From: Spirochaetia bacterium
GTDB lineage: Bacteria; Spirochaetota; Spirochaetia; CADAEX01
Assembly: GCA_963662795.1 (NCBI GenBank)
Contig: OY759746.1
Coordinates: 2,368,001-2,432,000, forward strand
Direction: 5' to 3'
Length of the DNA stretch: 64,000 nt
In this document: one piece after another, positions 34,290-44,731 of the stretch
Numbering within the stretch: position 1 is the stretch's first letter
How the letters are laid out: every line of letters begins with the position of its first letter
Made by a program: the position numbers and the translations under genes
Notes under the pieces: model-generated
Databases searched by the model: none
Seen by the model: the letters and a program-made list of their open reading frames with translations, nothing else
What the model was told of the DNA's origin: nothing

Positions 34290-34302
34290 GGGGAACAACT
34301 AA

Positions 34303-34668
34303 ATGGCAAGAATTGCGGGTATAGACCTGCCAAACAAGAGTGTGAAAATCGCTCTTACATATATCTATGGAATTGGCAGGACATCAGCGGTAAAAATTTG
34401 CAGCGAAACTGGTCTTGATCCTGATAAAAAGATCAATGATCTTTCTGCTGATGAAGTCAATAACCTTAGAAAAGAAATTGAAAGTGACTATAAGGTTGAA
34501 GGAAGGCTCAGAACAGAAGTTTCCCTTAACATAAAGAGACTTATGGATATCGGAAGTTACAGGGGTTTAAGACACAGAAAAGGGCTGCCTGTACGGGGAC
34601 AGAGAACAAAAACAAACGCAAGAACCAGAAAAGGTAAGAAGAAGACTGTAGCTGGTAAGAAGAAGTGA
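34303..34668 (+). CDS. rpsM: 30S ribosomal protein S13
   Basis: [23 protein letters not shown]. Confidence 0.99.
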   Translation: MARIAGIDLPNKSVKIALTYIYGIGRTSAVKICSETGLDPDKKINDLSADEVNNLRKEIESDYKVEGRLRTEVSLNIKRLMDIGSYRGLRHRKGLPVRGQRTKTNARTRKGKKKTVAGKKK

Positions 34669-34683
34669 TGCTGGAGGTTATAA

Positions 34684-35064
34684 TTGGCTAATCTGAAAAA
34701 GAAAAAAGAAAAAAAGAATGTTTTCAGTGGTAATGTTTACATACAGGCTACTTTTAACAATACAATTATTACAATTACTGATCTTAACGGCAATGCCCTT
34801 TCCTGGGCCAGTGCCGGAGGGCTTTCTTTCAAGGGAGCAAAAAAATCAACACCGTATGCTGCACAGACTACAGCTGAAGCTGCTGTGAAGAAAGCTATGG
34901 ATTTAGGGCTTAGAGAAGTAAATGTATATGTCAAAGGGCCTGGTGTGGGTAGAGAGTCGGCGATAAGATCTATTGGAGTACTTGGTGTAAGGGTTTTAAG
35001 CATTAAAGATATTACCCCAATTCCTCACAATGGCTGCAGACCAAAGAAAACAAGAAGAGTTTAA
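34684..35064 (+). CDS. rpsK: 30S ribosomal protein S11
   Basis: [23 protein letters not shown]; TTG start. Confidence 0.99.
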   Translation: MANLKKKKEKKNVFSGNVYIQATFNNTIITITDLNGNALSWASAGGLSFKGAKKSTPYAAQTTAEAAVKKAMDLGLREVNVYVKGPGVGRESAIRSIGVLGVRVLSIKDITPIPHNGCRPKKTRRV

Positions 35065-35082
35065 GGACGAGGTACATATTAA

Positions 35083-35718
35083 ATGGCAAGATATTTAGGA
35101 CCGAAATGCAGATTGTGCAGAATTGAAAAAAAGAAACTCTTTCTGAAAGGGGAGAGGTGCAATTCTTCAAAATGCGCAATTACTCAGAAAAAAAGCATGC
35201 CTGGAAAGTCAGCTAAATCCAGGGTTGGGAAAATGTCGGATTATGGTCTTCAGTTGCGTGAAAAACAGAAATTGAAGAGAATATACGGCATGCTCGAGAA
35301 ACAGTTTAAACTGACTTTTAATGAAGCTTCAAGGAAAGCCGGGAAAACAGGTGAAAACCTTATAAGGATTCTTGAAACAAGACTGGACAATATTGTTTAC
35401 AGAATGAAATTTTCCAATTCCAGAAACCAGGCCAGGCAGCTTGTTAATCATGGGCATATTCTTGTAAATGGTAAATGTGTTGATATACCATCCTATATAG
35501 TCAAACAGAATGATGTTATAGAAATAAAGGAAAAAAGTAAGAAATCCATCTCAATAAAGGAAAGCCTTAAGGAATATACAAAATCCGGTGTAATGCCATG
35601 GCTTGAAGTTAATCCGGATGAGATGAGAGGTGTAATAAAAGCTGTTCCATTAAGAAGTGAAGTAACTGATCTGGCAGAAATTAATGAACAGTTAATAGTC
35701 GAACTATATTCGAGGTAA
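35083..35718 (+). CDS. rpsD: 30S ribosomal protein S4 (Cys-containing N-terminus)
   Basis: QLREKQK, ETRLDN, ARQLVNHGH, IVELYSR. Confidence 0.99.
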   Translation: MARYLGPKCRLCRIEKKKLFLKGERCNSSKCAITQKKSMPGKSAKSRVGKMSDYGLQLREKQKLKRIYGMLEKQFKLTFNEASRKAGKTGENLIRILETRLDNIVYRMKFSNSRNQARQLVNHGHILVNGKCVDIPSYIVKQNDVIEIKEKSKKSISIKESLKEYTKSGVMPWLEVNPDEMRGVIKAVPLRSEVTDLAEINEQLIVELYSR

Positions 35719-35722
35719 ATAA

Positions 35723-36778
35723 ATGGCAAGAAAAAACCTTTTGAAGGGATTTAAAAGGCCTAAGGGTATCTCATTTGAACAGAGTGAGAGTTCTCAAAAT
35801 TACGGTAAATTTATTGCATATCCGTTTGAAAGAGGTTTTGGTACTACAATTGGTAATACTTTAAGAAGAATCCTACTTTCTTCACTGCAGGGGTATGCTG
35901 TAACTGCTGTAAAATTTACAAGCTACAACAGTGACGGCAATCCGCATATAATTTCCAGTGAGTTTGAACTCATCCCAGGGGTTATCGAAGATACACCGGA
36001 GATAATTAATAATCTTAAGCAGCTGCAGATCAAGCTTGAGGATGATCTGGAACAAAAAATAATATTGCTTGAGAACCGGAAAGACGGTGAAGTTACTGGA
36101 AAGGATTTTGAAGTAGATTCACAGATTAAGATTTTAAATAAAGATCTTAAAATTGCTACCCTGATGAAGGATGCAAATGTCGATATTGAAATCCAGATTG
36201 ATCTTGGAAGAGGTTATGTACCGGCAGAAACAAACGAAAAATATATTGAAATAATAGGGACAATACCTGTTGATGCAATATTTTCACCCATTAAACGGGT
36301 TATGTATTCGATTGAAAACACCAGGGTCGGTTACAGAAATGATTACGACAAGCTGATTCTTGAAGTGTGGACCGATGGAACTGTAACCCCGGAAGATGCC
36401 ATTGCAGAAGCCGCCAAGGTTGCCAAAGATCATTTTACGATTTTCATTAATTTTGATGAAGATACAGTCGGTGTCGAAGATGATGTGGATGAGGAAGAGG
36501 AAAGGATCAGAAAGATTCTTGACACTCCGGTAGATGAGCTTGAATTATCAGTAAGATCAAGCAACTGCCTGAAAAATGCAAATATCAGAACAATTGGCGA
36601 ACTTACATCAAAAACTGAAGATGATATAGCAAAAACCAGAAATTTTGGGAAAAAATCTCTTTTGGAAATAAAAGAAAAGCTTAAAGAATGGGATCTTGAA
36701 CTGGGAATGACTGATTACAGCAGTCTGCGGTTTAAGGTGACTCCACTTAATCAGAAGGAAAATGAAGATGAAGCATAG
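35723..36778 (+). CDS. rpoA: RNA polymerase alpha subunit
   Basis: [34 protein letters not shown]. Confidence 0.99.
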   Translation: MARKNLLKGFKRPKGISFEQSESSQNYGKFIAYPFERGFGTTIGNTLRRILLSSLQGYAVTAVKFTSYNSDGNPHIISSEFELIPGVIEDTPEIINNLKQLQIKLEDDLEQKIILLENRKDGEVTGKDFEVDSQIKILNKDLKIATLMKDANVDIEIQIDLGRGYVPAETNEKYIEIIGTIPVDAIFSPIKRVMYSIENTRVGYRNDYDKLILEVWTDGTVTPEDAIAEAAKVAKDHFTIFINFDEDTVGVEDDVDEEEERIRKILDTPVDELELSVRSSNCLKNANIRTIGELTSKTEDDIAKTRNFGKKSLLEIKEKLKEWDLELGMTDYSSLRFKVTPLNQKENEDEA

Positions 36779-37322
36779 AATTGGCTTTAATAAATTAAGC
36801 AGAACAAGCAGTCACAGAAAAGCTATGACTAGAAATATGGTAACTTCCGTTTTTAAGTATGAAAGAATTAAAACGACAAAAGCCAAAGCTCTTGAGATTA
36901 GAAAAAAAGCAGAAAAAATGATAACAAGAGCAAAAATTGATTCTGTCCATAACAGGCGGATAGTTGCAAAAGATATAACAGACAAAGCTGTTCTCGCAAA
37001 ACTTTTTACAGATATAGCTCCAAGGTTTATAGAAAGAAAGGGCGGATATACCAGAATTATGAAACTTGGAAGAAGAATGGGAGATGCTGCCGAGGTTGTT
37101 TTTCTTGAACTTGTAGAAATGAAAGAAAAAGAAGGCGGAAAGAAAGGTAAGAAAAAAGAGACTGCTGCCAAAACTGAAGAAAAAACAGTAAAAACAGAAG
37201 ATAAAGCAGTAGAGACAGCAGAAAAAACTGTAAAAGCCAAAACAAAAACCGCCAAAATTGAAGAAACACCTGTAAAAACTGAAAAGAAAGAAGAAGTTAA
37301 AGAAGAAAATAAGGAAAGCTGA
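36768..37322 (+). CDS. rplQ: 50S ribosomal protein L17 with a Lys/Glu/Thr-rich C-terminal tail
   Basis: [29 protein letters not shown] (alternative ATG 36762). Confidence 0.98.
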   Translation: MKHRIGFNKLSRTSSHRKAMTRNMVTSVFKYERIKTTKAKALEIRKKAEKMITRAKIDSVHNRRIVAKDITDKAVLAKLFTDIAPRFIERKGGYTRIMKLGRRMGDAAEVVFLELVEMKEKEGGKKGKKKETAAKTEEKTVKTEDKAVETAEKTVKAKTKTAKIEETPVKTEKKEEVKEENKES

Positions 37323-37362
37323 AATATTTTCATTTTTTAACGGAAAAATATTTATTTAAATT

Positions 37363-37395
37363 AAAAAGGGGAGGTCTTTACCTCTCCTTTTTTTT
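37363..37395 (+). terminator. Intrinsic terminator of the alpha operon
   Basis: AAAAA-GGGGAGGT-CTTT-ACCTCTCC-T8. Confidence 0.88.
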
Positions 37396-37403
37396 GCCGA
37401 TAA
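37377..37403 (+). promoter_or_regulatory. Possible sigma-28 promoter
   Basis: TTTA-N15-GCCGATAA (perfect FliA/SigD -10, weak -35). Confidence 0.4.
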
Positions 37404-37450
37404 TAAACAGTATATTACTCATAAAACAGGGGAGATGGGTCATTTAAGAA

Positions 37451-40400
37451 ATGAAGATAATTAAAAAAGCTGCAGTAAGTTTTGCATTGACATTACTCTT
37501 GTTTACTGCTTTTGCAATTATTTCTTATTCAACTCTGTTTAATATAATAGAATCAAAATTTTATAATCAGAAAATTATTTCTGAAAAAGAACAGAAAATA
37601 CAAAAATTACTGCTCGGGATTGATAACTACATAACCGAAAAACAGGAACTGGCAGATTCCATCGCATCAGAAATTTCAATTAAAAACAGTTTTCTTATAA
37701 ACCAGAGCCGTGAAGATATCTTCAGGCGTGAAAATATTGTTTCCTCATTAATTAACCGTGATATTGGCTTCAGTTATATAAGGGTAATTGATGAAGACGG
37801 AAAAATACACTATAGCAGCAATCAGGAAGATATAAGAGTTTCAGATGACAGAAAAGTAACCTATAAAATGGCGGATGAAACATCAGCAGCCAACTACATG
37901 GAATTACTTGATGTTTTTGAAAAGCAGGGAATTGTATTCCAGGCTGATAATAATCAAAATGCGTTTATTTCTGAGATATATGATAATTTTGGGATTAAGC
38001 GGGGATATCTTTTTCTGTATCTTGGTGAAAATGATATATGGGAATATCTCTCCAGCGGTAATATTTTAGAGAAAAACTCTGTTATCAGATATCCGGGTTA
38101 TTACAGTATTGTTGTTAACATGACTGATGAAAATTCAGCAATATTGCAGGATCTTGATAAATACTGGAAAAGCAGCGCGATTGTAAACCCTCATCCTCTA
38201 TATACTGATGATGCCGGCAACAGCTTTTCTGTTATTTCAGCAGAATGGAAAAGCGGCTTCGCAGGTTTTGTTTTACCTGATGAATCATTTAAAATTAATA
38301 CAGTTTACAGATATATACTTTTGGTTTCCGCATTTTCCATTTTTTTTATCATATTATTTTTGGCAATGAATCTGCGGCAGGATAATATAACAATTATTGC
38401 AGAGAGAGTAAAAAGATTTCAGATAAACTTCTTGATAGAATATCTTGAAAATAAAAGTGATATCGAATGGAAAAAATGGAAAAAAGAGCTTGAAAACAGA
38501 AAGGAAGAGGTCAGGAAAGAATTCAAAAAAGGGCTCAGGGGAATAAAGGGAACTGAGAAAGAAACAACTGTTAATGAACTTATTGATAAGAGCTGGGATG
38601 AAATAATAAGTCTTCTTGCAGGACATCTTGAAAAAAAGCAGGATTTGAAAGGTATTGGCCAGGTTGCCAACCTTCAGATTGGAAATATTGAAGAAATTAT
38701 CAGACGGATTATTACAAGTGAAAAAGATGTAAGGCTTAAGCCGCAAGCACTTACCGCACTGAAACCTGCACCGCCAGAAGCTGAGGTAGTCGCGGATGCG
38801 GAACCCGAAGAGCTTGAAGAACTTGATGAACTTGAAGGGGAAGAAGCTGCCGCGGTTGCAGAAGCGGAGGCGGCAGAGGATCTTGAAGAGCTTGATGAAC
38901 TTGAAGGTGAAGAACCTGCCGCAGTTACAGAAGCGGAGGCGGCAGAGGAACTTGAAGAGCTTGATGAACTTGAAGGTGAAGAAGCTGCCGCGGTTACAGA
39001 AGCGGAGACGGCAGAGGATCTTGAAGAGCTTGATGAACTTGAAGGTGAAGAAGCTGCCGCGGTTGCAGAAGCGGAGGCGGCAGAGGATCTCGAAGAGCTT
39101 GATGAACTTGAAGGTGAAGAACCTGTCGCGGTTGCAGAAGCGGAGGCGGTCGCAGATGCGGAACCCGAAGAACTTGAAGCTCCCTCCGTATCTGCAGTTG
39201 ATACTATCGAGAAGCTTGAGGAACTGGAAGAACTGGAAGCTGGAACAGAGAAAGAACCATGTGCTTCAGAACCGGGAGAAACTTCAACAACTGATATAAA
39301 GACTGACAGAAAGATAGATGAAACTTCAAAATTCGATGAATTGGTATCTGTTTATAAAGATTATGGAGAAGAAATTATAAGTGTTGATGAAGTTCAGAAG
39401 ACCATAACAGAAATTGAAAACAGTCTAATTCCTATAACAGACGGCGAAGATGAAAAAGATATAGAAAAACTTGTTAATTTCAGGAACATTATTTCAGCTT
39501 CTGATAAGAAAGAAATATCTGACGATCTTGAACCAGAAGAGCTTGCAGAGCTTGCAGAAACTGAAAACGCGGATGCGGAGCAATCTGCCGAACTCGAAGA
39601 GCTCGAAGAACTTGAGGATAATCGCCGGTTTTCTGATGTCAACAAGAGCTTTATAGCAGGTTCAGCTGATCAGGGAATGGAATTGCTCGATGAGCTTGAA
39701 ACAGTTGAAGATCTTAAACCCCTGAATATAGATGAAAAATACGAAAAACTCGAAGCCCTTGAAGTTGCCGAAAATGGTGAAAACGATGAGGTTAGAAGCG
39801 TAGAGTATCTCAAAGACAGATATAAGGAAAGTTATAACAAGCAAAATTATATGCCGGATTCCTTCTACAGCAGGATCAGGCAATACAGATATGAAGAAAT
39901 GACAGGTCTGGCTGAAAACGCATTGCTTGAAGAGATCAGTGTCCATAGCCGTGAAAATATTGATGCATTCTCTTTTACTGATAAAATAGAGATACTCCAG
40001 AAACAGGGTTTAGTTGAAATTGAAAATATTGAAAATGTTTTTGCCCATTTATATGGAGATGAAAATGCAGTTATTGATAAAGACGGGGTTTTGGAAATTA
40101 ATCAGGAATTATACAGCAGCAGTTCAGAGTTGGAAAACAGGGAATTAAAACAGCTGATTGATAAAGTTGTTGAAAGGGATGAGGACCAGACAGCTGTCTC
40201 TGATGTTTTTTTCTCTGAAAATGTAGATCTGCCAATGTTCTCTGATATCAGTGAAGAACGTCCTGTGAAAAAAAATAAAGTCAGTAATGAAAAAATTGAC
40301 AGAAAAGACGGTTTTGATTTTGATCTTCTTTATAAAGATTATTCAGGCGACCAGTCTGTTGCTGCCATGCGTCTCCTTCTTAAGATAACACGCGAGATTG

Positions 40401-40744
40401 ACTCATTTTTCGGAGCAATCATTGTTCAGGATGAAGCATCCTATTATCCTGAAACAGTTGTCGGGCTTGACAAGAATCTGCCTGGTCTGCTGAACATTAA
40501 AAAGAAAGGATCGCTATACAGGGAGCTGCTTTCTGATAGAAAAATCCTGTTTTTCAAAACAGGAATCAGGGAAATTGCTGAATTAAAGTGTCTTTTTTCA
40601 ACCAATGATATTGATAAAATTAAAAGTTTATTATTTCTTCCAATAAGATACAGAGAAAAACAGGCTTATCTTGTCGCTTCCCCTGACAAAAACCTGTTTA
40701 CTGTCGATACTCTGATGCTAAAAGTCAAAAATCTCCAAAAATAG
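37451..40744 (+). CDS. Hypothetical membrane protein: TM, Cache-like periplasmic domain, TM, helical domain, acidic repeats, GAF-like C-terminus
   Basis: Two hydrophobic segments (about aa 8-30 and 288-306), Cache-like YIRVIDEDGKIHYSS, long E/L/A-rich region, C-terminal SLLFLPI; no enzymatic output motif seen. Confidence 0.75.
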   Translation: MKIIKKAAVSFALTLLLFTAFAIISYSTLFNIIESKFYNQKIISEKEQKIQKLLLGIDNYITEKQELADSIASEISIKNSFLINQSREDIFRRENIVSSLINRDIGFSYIRVIDEDGKIHYSSNQEDIRVSDDRKVTYKMADETSAANYMELLDVFEKQGIVFQADNNQNAFISEIYDNFGIKRGYLFLYLGENDIWEYLSSGNILEKNSVIRYPGYYSIVVNMTDENSAILQDLDKYWKSSAIVNPHPLYTDDAGNSFSVISAEWKSGFAGFVLPDESFKINTVYRYILLVSAFSIFFIILFLAMNLRQDNITIIAERVKRFQINFLIEYLENKSDIEWKKWKKELENRKEEVRKEFKKGLRGIKGTEKETTVNELIDKSWDEIISLLAGHLEKKQDLKGIGQVANLQIGNIEEIIRRIITSEKDVRLKPQALTALKPAPPEAEVVADAEPEELEELDELEGEEAAAVAEAEAAEDLEELDELEGEEPAAVTEAEAAEELEELDELEGEEAAAVTEAETAEDLEELDELEGEEAAAVAEAEAAEDLEELDELEGEEPVAVAEAEAVADAEPEELEAPSVSAVDTIEKLEELEELEAGTEKEPCASEPGETSTTDIKTDRKIDETSKFDELVSVYKDYGEEIISVDEVQKTITEIENSLIPITDGEDEKDIEKLVNFRNIISASDKKEISDDLEPEELAELAETENADAEQSAELEELEELEDNRRFSDVNKSFIAGSADQGMELLDELETVEDLKPLNIDEKYEKLEALEVAENGENDEVRSVEYLKDRYKESYNKQNYMPDSFYSRIRQYRYEEMTGLAENALLEEISVHSRENIDAFSFTDKIEILQKQGLVEIENIENVFAHLYGDENAVIDKDGVLEINQELYSSSSELENRELKQLIDKVVERDEDQTAVSDVFFSENVDLPMFSDISEERPVKKNKVSNEKIDRKDGFDFDLLYKDYSGDQSVAAMRLLLKITREIDSFFGAIIVQDEASYYPETVVGLDKNLPGLLNIKKKGSLYRELLSDRKILFFKTGIREIAELKCLFSTNDIDKIKSLLFLPIRYREKQAYLVASPDKNLFTVDTLMLKVKNLQK
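38807..39151 (+). repeat. Intragenic tandem repeat, 5 x 69 bp (23 aa)
   Basis: Unit E(E/D)LEELDELEGEE(A/P)AAV(A/T)EAE(A/T)A, near-identical in DNA; bracketed by a duplicated VADAEPEELE. Confidence 0.95.
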
Positions 40745-40757
40745 ATAGCGATAATTC

Positions 40758-40787
40758 TTGACAACCGACATAAAAAATATGTATTAT
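40758..40787 (+). promoter_or_regulatory. Sigma-70 promoter of rny
   Basis: TTGACA-N18-TATTAT; GGAGG SD downstream. Confidence 0.6.
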
Positions 40788-40818
40788 TTTTTATTAAAAG
40801 TTAAACTGGAGGAAGATT

Positions 40819-42348
40819 ATGCAATTAATTCTTTATATTATTCTTCCTCTCATTGGTTTGATATTAGGTTGGATAATTCGGTGGCTATATGCAAGAGTTC
40901 AGCTGTCATCATCAGAGCAGAAAGCTGAACGTATAAAACAGGATGCTGTAAAAGAGGCTGAAGCAAGGAAAAAGGAACTGTTTTTAGAAGCTAAAGATCA
41001 GTTGCTTAGAGAAAGGAATCAGCAGGAGAAGGATTTTCGGGAAAGAAGAAGCGAACTTCAGCGTTTTGAGAGACGATTACTTCAAAAAGAAGACAACCTC
41101 GATAGTAAAATTAATATGCTTGAGAAACAATCCCAGGCGATTACAGACCGTGAGAGATATCTTGAAAAGAAAGAGAATGCTTTAGAAGAGCAGGAAAAAG
41201 AGTGGCAGAGGAAACTTGAAGAAGTTTCAGGTCTTTCAGCATCTGATGCCAAAAAACTCATAATGGATTCACTTGAAAATGAAGCAAAACACGATGCGCA
41301 GGCTCTGCTTAACAAGATTGAACAGGAAGCGCAGCTATCTGCAGAAAAAAAAGCCAGAGAAATACTTGTTGCGACAATTCAGAGAATTGCCACAGATGTA
41401 AGTTCTGAGGTAACAATAGCTTCTGTAAGTCTTCCAAGTGACGAAATGAAAGGGAGAATTATCGGACGCGAAGGGCGTAATATAAGGACCCTGGAAACAC
41501 TGACCGGGGTAGACGTAATTATTGATGATACGCCTGAAGCGGTTGTTATATCCTGTTTTGATCCCGTCAGGAAAGAAATTGCAAGGGTTTCCCTTGAGCG
41601 CCTTATTATGGACGGCAGGATCCATCCTGCAAGAATAGAAGAGATTGTTCAGAAAGTAAAAAAAGAAATTAATCAGACAGTATTTGAAGAAGGCGAAAAA
41701 GTACTTTTTGATCTTGGCATCCACAACATGAGCCCGGAAGGGATAAGGGCACTTGGCAGACTTCATTTCAGAACCAGCTACGGCCAGAACGTTCTGCAGC
41801 ATTCAAAAGAGGTAGCGATCATAGCGAGTCTTATAGCTGCTGAAGTAGGCGCTAACAGGATGATAACAAGACGTGCAGCTCTTCTCCACGATATCGGCAA
41901 AGGTATTGAGACAAACGGTGACGGCAATCATGCGGAAATTGGCATGGATGCTGCAAAGAAAATCGGAGAAGATCCCAGAGTAATAAATGCAGTCGGCTCA
42001 CATCACAACGATATTGAACCTTCATGTATTGAATCTGTGATTGTACAGATAGCAGATGCCATATCGGCAGCCCGCCCCGGTGCAAGACGGGAAACAATTG
42101 ACAACTATATCAAGAGGCTTGAAAACCTTGAGAAGATTGCAATAGATTTTCCAGGAGTTGACAAGGCATATGCCATACAGGCAGGAAGAGAACTCAGAAT
42201 TCTTGTCAACAACGAAGCTGTAAATGATGAACAGGCGTCAGAATTGTGTAAAACCATTGCAAAAAAAATAGAATCTGAATTGAGATATCCCGGCAGGATA
42301 AGGGTTACTATTATCAGGGAAACCCGTATAGTTGAATATGCAAGATAA
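40819..42348 (+). CDS. rny: Ribonuclease Y
   Basis: N-terminal TM, coiled coil, KH motif GRIIGREGRNIR, HD motif LLHDIGK, AIQAGRE. Confidence 0.98.
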   Translation: MQLILYIILPLIGLILGWIIRWLYARVQLSSSEQKAERIKQDAVKEAEARKKELFLEAKDQLLRERNQQEKDFRERRSELQRFERRLLQKEDNLDSKINMLEKQSQAITDRERYLEKKENALEEQEKEWQRKLEEVSGLSASDAKKLIMDSLENEAKHDAQALLNKIEQEAQLSAEKKAREILVATIQRIATDVSSEVTIASVSLPSDEMKGRIIGREGRNIRTLETLTGVDVIIDDTPEAVVISCFDPVRKEIARVSLERLIMDGRIHPARIEEIVQKVKKEINQTVFEEGEKVLFDLGIHNMSPEGIRALGRLHFRTSYGQNVLQHSKEVAIIASLIAAEVGANRMITRRAALLHDIGKGIETNGDGNHAEIGMDAAKKIGEDPRVINAVGSHHNDIEPSCIESVIVQIADAISAARPGARRETIDNYIKRLENLEKIAIDFPGVDKAYAIQAGRELRILVNNEAVNDEQASELCKTIAKKIESELRYPGRIRVTIIRETRIVEYAR

Positions 42349-43135
42349 TTCCTTTAAAGTCCTGCTTCTCGGCGATGTTATCGGACAGGCCGGATGCAGG
42401 GCTGTTTTTTTTAACCTTAAATCCATAATAAAGAAAAAAAATCCGGATTTAGTCATAATTAACGGTGAAAATTCCGCTGATGGTTTCGGTATAATTCCCA
42501 AAACAGCTGAACAGCTGTTTCAGAGCGGGGCTGATGTAATTACGACCGGCAACCACGTCTGGCAAAAACCTGACGGTGTGCAGCTCCTTAAGGATTCTGT
42601 CAACATACTAAGGCCCGCGAACTACCCGGATGGAGCTCCGGGGAGGGGTTACTGTATTGTGGAGAAAAAAGGGATAAAAGTTGCGGTTATCAATCTTGAA
42701 GGGCGTGAAAGCATGTCAAATCTTGACTGCCCGTTCAAATCCGCCAGAGAAATAATCAGGAAAATTAAAAAGGAAGGAAACGTCAATATTATTGTTATTG
42801 ATTTCCATGCCGAATCAACATCTGAAAAAGAATCACTTGCACATTATCTTGACGGAGATGTAAGTTTAATTGCCGGCACTCACACACACATTCAGACAGC
42901 AGATGAAAAAATACTTCCCGGGGGGACAGCTTATATTACAGATGTCGGTATGACCGGACCAGAGGATTCAGTAATCGGTTCTGATAAAATGATAGCAATC
43001 CAGCGTTTTATGACACAGATGCCCGTTAAAATGGAAATAGCGGATACTGATCTTATGATTAACGGTATTCTGGCAGAATTTGATCCTGCCACAGGCCTTG
43101 CAAGGGGCATTGAACGGATTTATGAAAAAGTATGA
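42338..43135 (+). CDS. ymdB: YmdB-like (TIGR00282) metallophosphoesterase
   Basis: GDVIG, NGEN, TGNH, DFHAE, GTHTH, DVGMTG. Confidence 0.93.
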   Translation: MQDNSFKVLLLGDVIGQAGCRAVFFNLKSIIKKKNPDLVIINGENSADGFGIIPKTAEQLFQSGADVITTGNHVWQKPDGVQLLKDSVNILRPANYPDGAPGRGYCIVEKKGIKVAVINLEGRESMSNLDCPFKSAREIIRKIKKEGNVNIIVIDFHAESTSEKESLAHYLDGDVSLIAGTHTHIQTADEKILPGGTAYITDVGMTGPEDSVIGSDKMIAIQRFMTQMPVKMEIADTDLMINGILAEFDPATGLARGIERIYEKV

Positions 43136-43914
43136 AATCTGCTTCTCTTCTCTCCTTGATGAATGAAAAATATAAATCAAACAGTTCCGAAAAAAATTAT
43201 GCTCTGATACTGTGCGGGAATGTTCATGTTGACGGCGTCCGTATCCGTCTGCCGGGGCAAAAAATTGATATTAATGCGGAAATCAGTATTGAAGAAAAAA
43301 AGTTTGTTTCAAGAGGCGGGTTAAAACTTGAGCATGCCATCGGATTCTGGAATATTGAGATTGCAGGAAAAGGATTTCTTGATGCAGGAAGTTCGACCGG
43401 AGGATTTACAGACTGTCTGCTTCAGCACGGCGCTTTGTTTGTCCATTCTGTGGATGTCGGTTACAATCAGATTGACTATAGCCTCAGAAACAATAAGAAC
43501 GTTATTCTGCATGAAAAGACAAATATAATGCATATTGGATCTCTTGATCCGGTGCCGGATATTGGCGTTGCTGATCTGTCCTTCCGTTCGATAAACAGGG
43601 CCGCATCCAAAATACTGAGCCTTGTCAGGGAAAGGAGGCTTATTGCCCTTGTCAAACCGCAGTTTGAAACCGACAGTGTAAAACTGGAAAGGGGAATTGT
43701 TCAGAACAGGACAGTCCTTGAAGAGACTTTACATAAAGTTATTGACAACCTTTTTGAGGAAAACGCATTTGTGCTTGATATAATAAAATCACCTGTACCC
43801 GGCCGTAAAGGGAATAACGAATTTCTGTTTTATATCACCGGAGATAATCCTGAGAATACTGCTGGCTTGAAAAATGATTTAACAGTTCTGGTAAAGACCC
43901 TGGTTTACGGCTGA
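43132..43914 (+). CDS. tlyA: TlyA-family rRNA 2'-O-methyltransferase
   Basis: FVSRGGLKL, DAGSSTGGFTD, LVKPQFE, GNNEF. Confidence 0.95.
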   Translation: MKSASLLSLMNEKYKSNSSEKNYALILCGNVHVDGVRIRLPGQKIDINAEISIEEKKFVSRGGLKLEHAIGFWNIEIAGKGFLDAGSSTGGFTDCLLQHGALFVHSVDVGYNQIDYSLRNNKNVILHEKTNIMHIGSLDPVPDIGVADLSFRSINRAASKILSLVRERRLIALVKPQFETDSVKLERGIVQNRTVLEETLHKVIDNLFEENAFVLDIIKSPVPGRKGNNEFLFYITGDNPENTAGLKNDLTVLVKTLVYG

Positions 43915-43923
43915 CCGGAAGCT

Positions 43924-44721
43924 CTATCTGCTTATTGTTTCCCTTGTTAACGGTTTGCCGATAAAAAGACCTTCCCCAAGATAGCTTTTAACCTGTCCTT
44001 CAATAAGTATCTGTACCCTTTTAACAGTAGGGAATTCTGTAGCAGTATATATTATCTGTTTTAACTGTCCCATGTATCCTTCAAGGCCAAAGGAATTGAA
44101 CAGAAAATTTTCACTGAAATCCATATATGCTGTTCCGTCCGATATCCATAATTTTTTTAAGGCAGTCTTTTCCGGAATAAGAGAAATAAAGTTGTTGTTT
44201 AATTCCGAAGAGGATACTCCTGTCAGCAGTGATTTTATTGTCGATGTCAGTGGTGAGTCTGTAAATCTTATGCTTCTTGCTGTTTTTTTCAGCATTGTGG
44301 ATCCGTCATCATTTATAACAATAAAATAGAGAATACTATCGCGTACTTTATACGATACATTTGCAGTTTCTTCTGAGGGTTTAACTGCAGCTATGACTGT
44401 CTTTTCCGGGAGTGTTTCTTCTTCTTTTTCCGGATTTCCGGTCTCAACCTTGACTATTTCGATTTCTGCTTCCTTTACAGGCGGAGATTCTTTTTCCGGT
44501 TGACTGCTCTCCCCGGATATCCTTTTTACTTCCGGCCCCGGTTGTTCGTTTTTGGATGTTGAGGGTGAAAAAAGATTGAAAAAACCTGTCGATGCAATAA
44601 CCTTTTCCATTTTCTTCTGGTTTACAAGAAAAAGGGTTATAACAAGTAATATAAGCGCAATCCAGAATATGCAGCCCGGCTGCCAGGATTTTTTATTGAT
44701 TTTTTTCTTATTTTGCTTCAT
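43924..44721 (-). CDS. GerMN-domain membrane protein
   Basis: One TM, low-complexity linker, QIIYTATEFPTVKRVQILIEG; start moved to ATG 44721. Confidence 0.85.
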   Translation of the reverse strand: MKQNKKKINKKSWQPGCIFWIALILLVITLFLVNQKKMEKVIASTGFFNLFSPSTSKNEQPGPEVKRISGESSQPEKESPPVKEAEIEIVKVETGNPEKEEETLPEKTVIAAVKPSEETANVSYKVRDSILYFIVINDDGSTMLKKTARSIRFTDSPLTSTIKSLLTGVSSSELNNNFISLIPEKTALKKLWISDGTAYMDFSENFLFNSFGLEGYMGQLKQIIYTATEFPTVKRVQILIEGQVKSYLGEGLFIGKPLTRETISR

Positions 44722-44731
44722 GACAGCATTA

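Noticed and set aside
10523-37333. Many antisense and nested ORFs over ribosomal, rpoBC and tuf genes (e.g. 10762-11547, 23238-23795, 36812-37333)
   Set aside because: Shadow ORFs of highly biased genes, with no recognisable motifs
38807-39151. Regular repeats as a possible CRISPR array
   Set aside because: Head-to-tail in-frame units with no unique spacers, inside a CDS, and no cas genes
38796-39299. 167-aa alternative-frame ORF with QKRRRQR repeats
   Set aside because: A by-product of the 69-bp tandem repeat read in another frame; no SD or independent support
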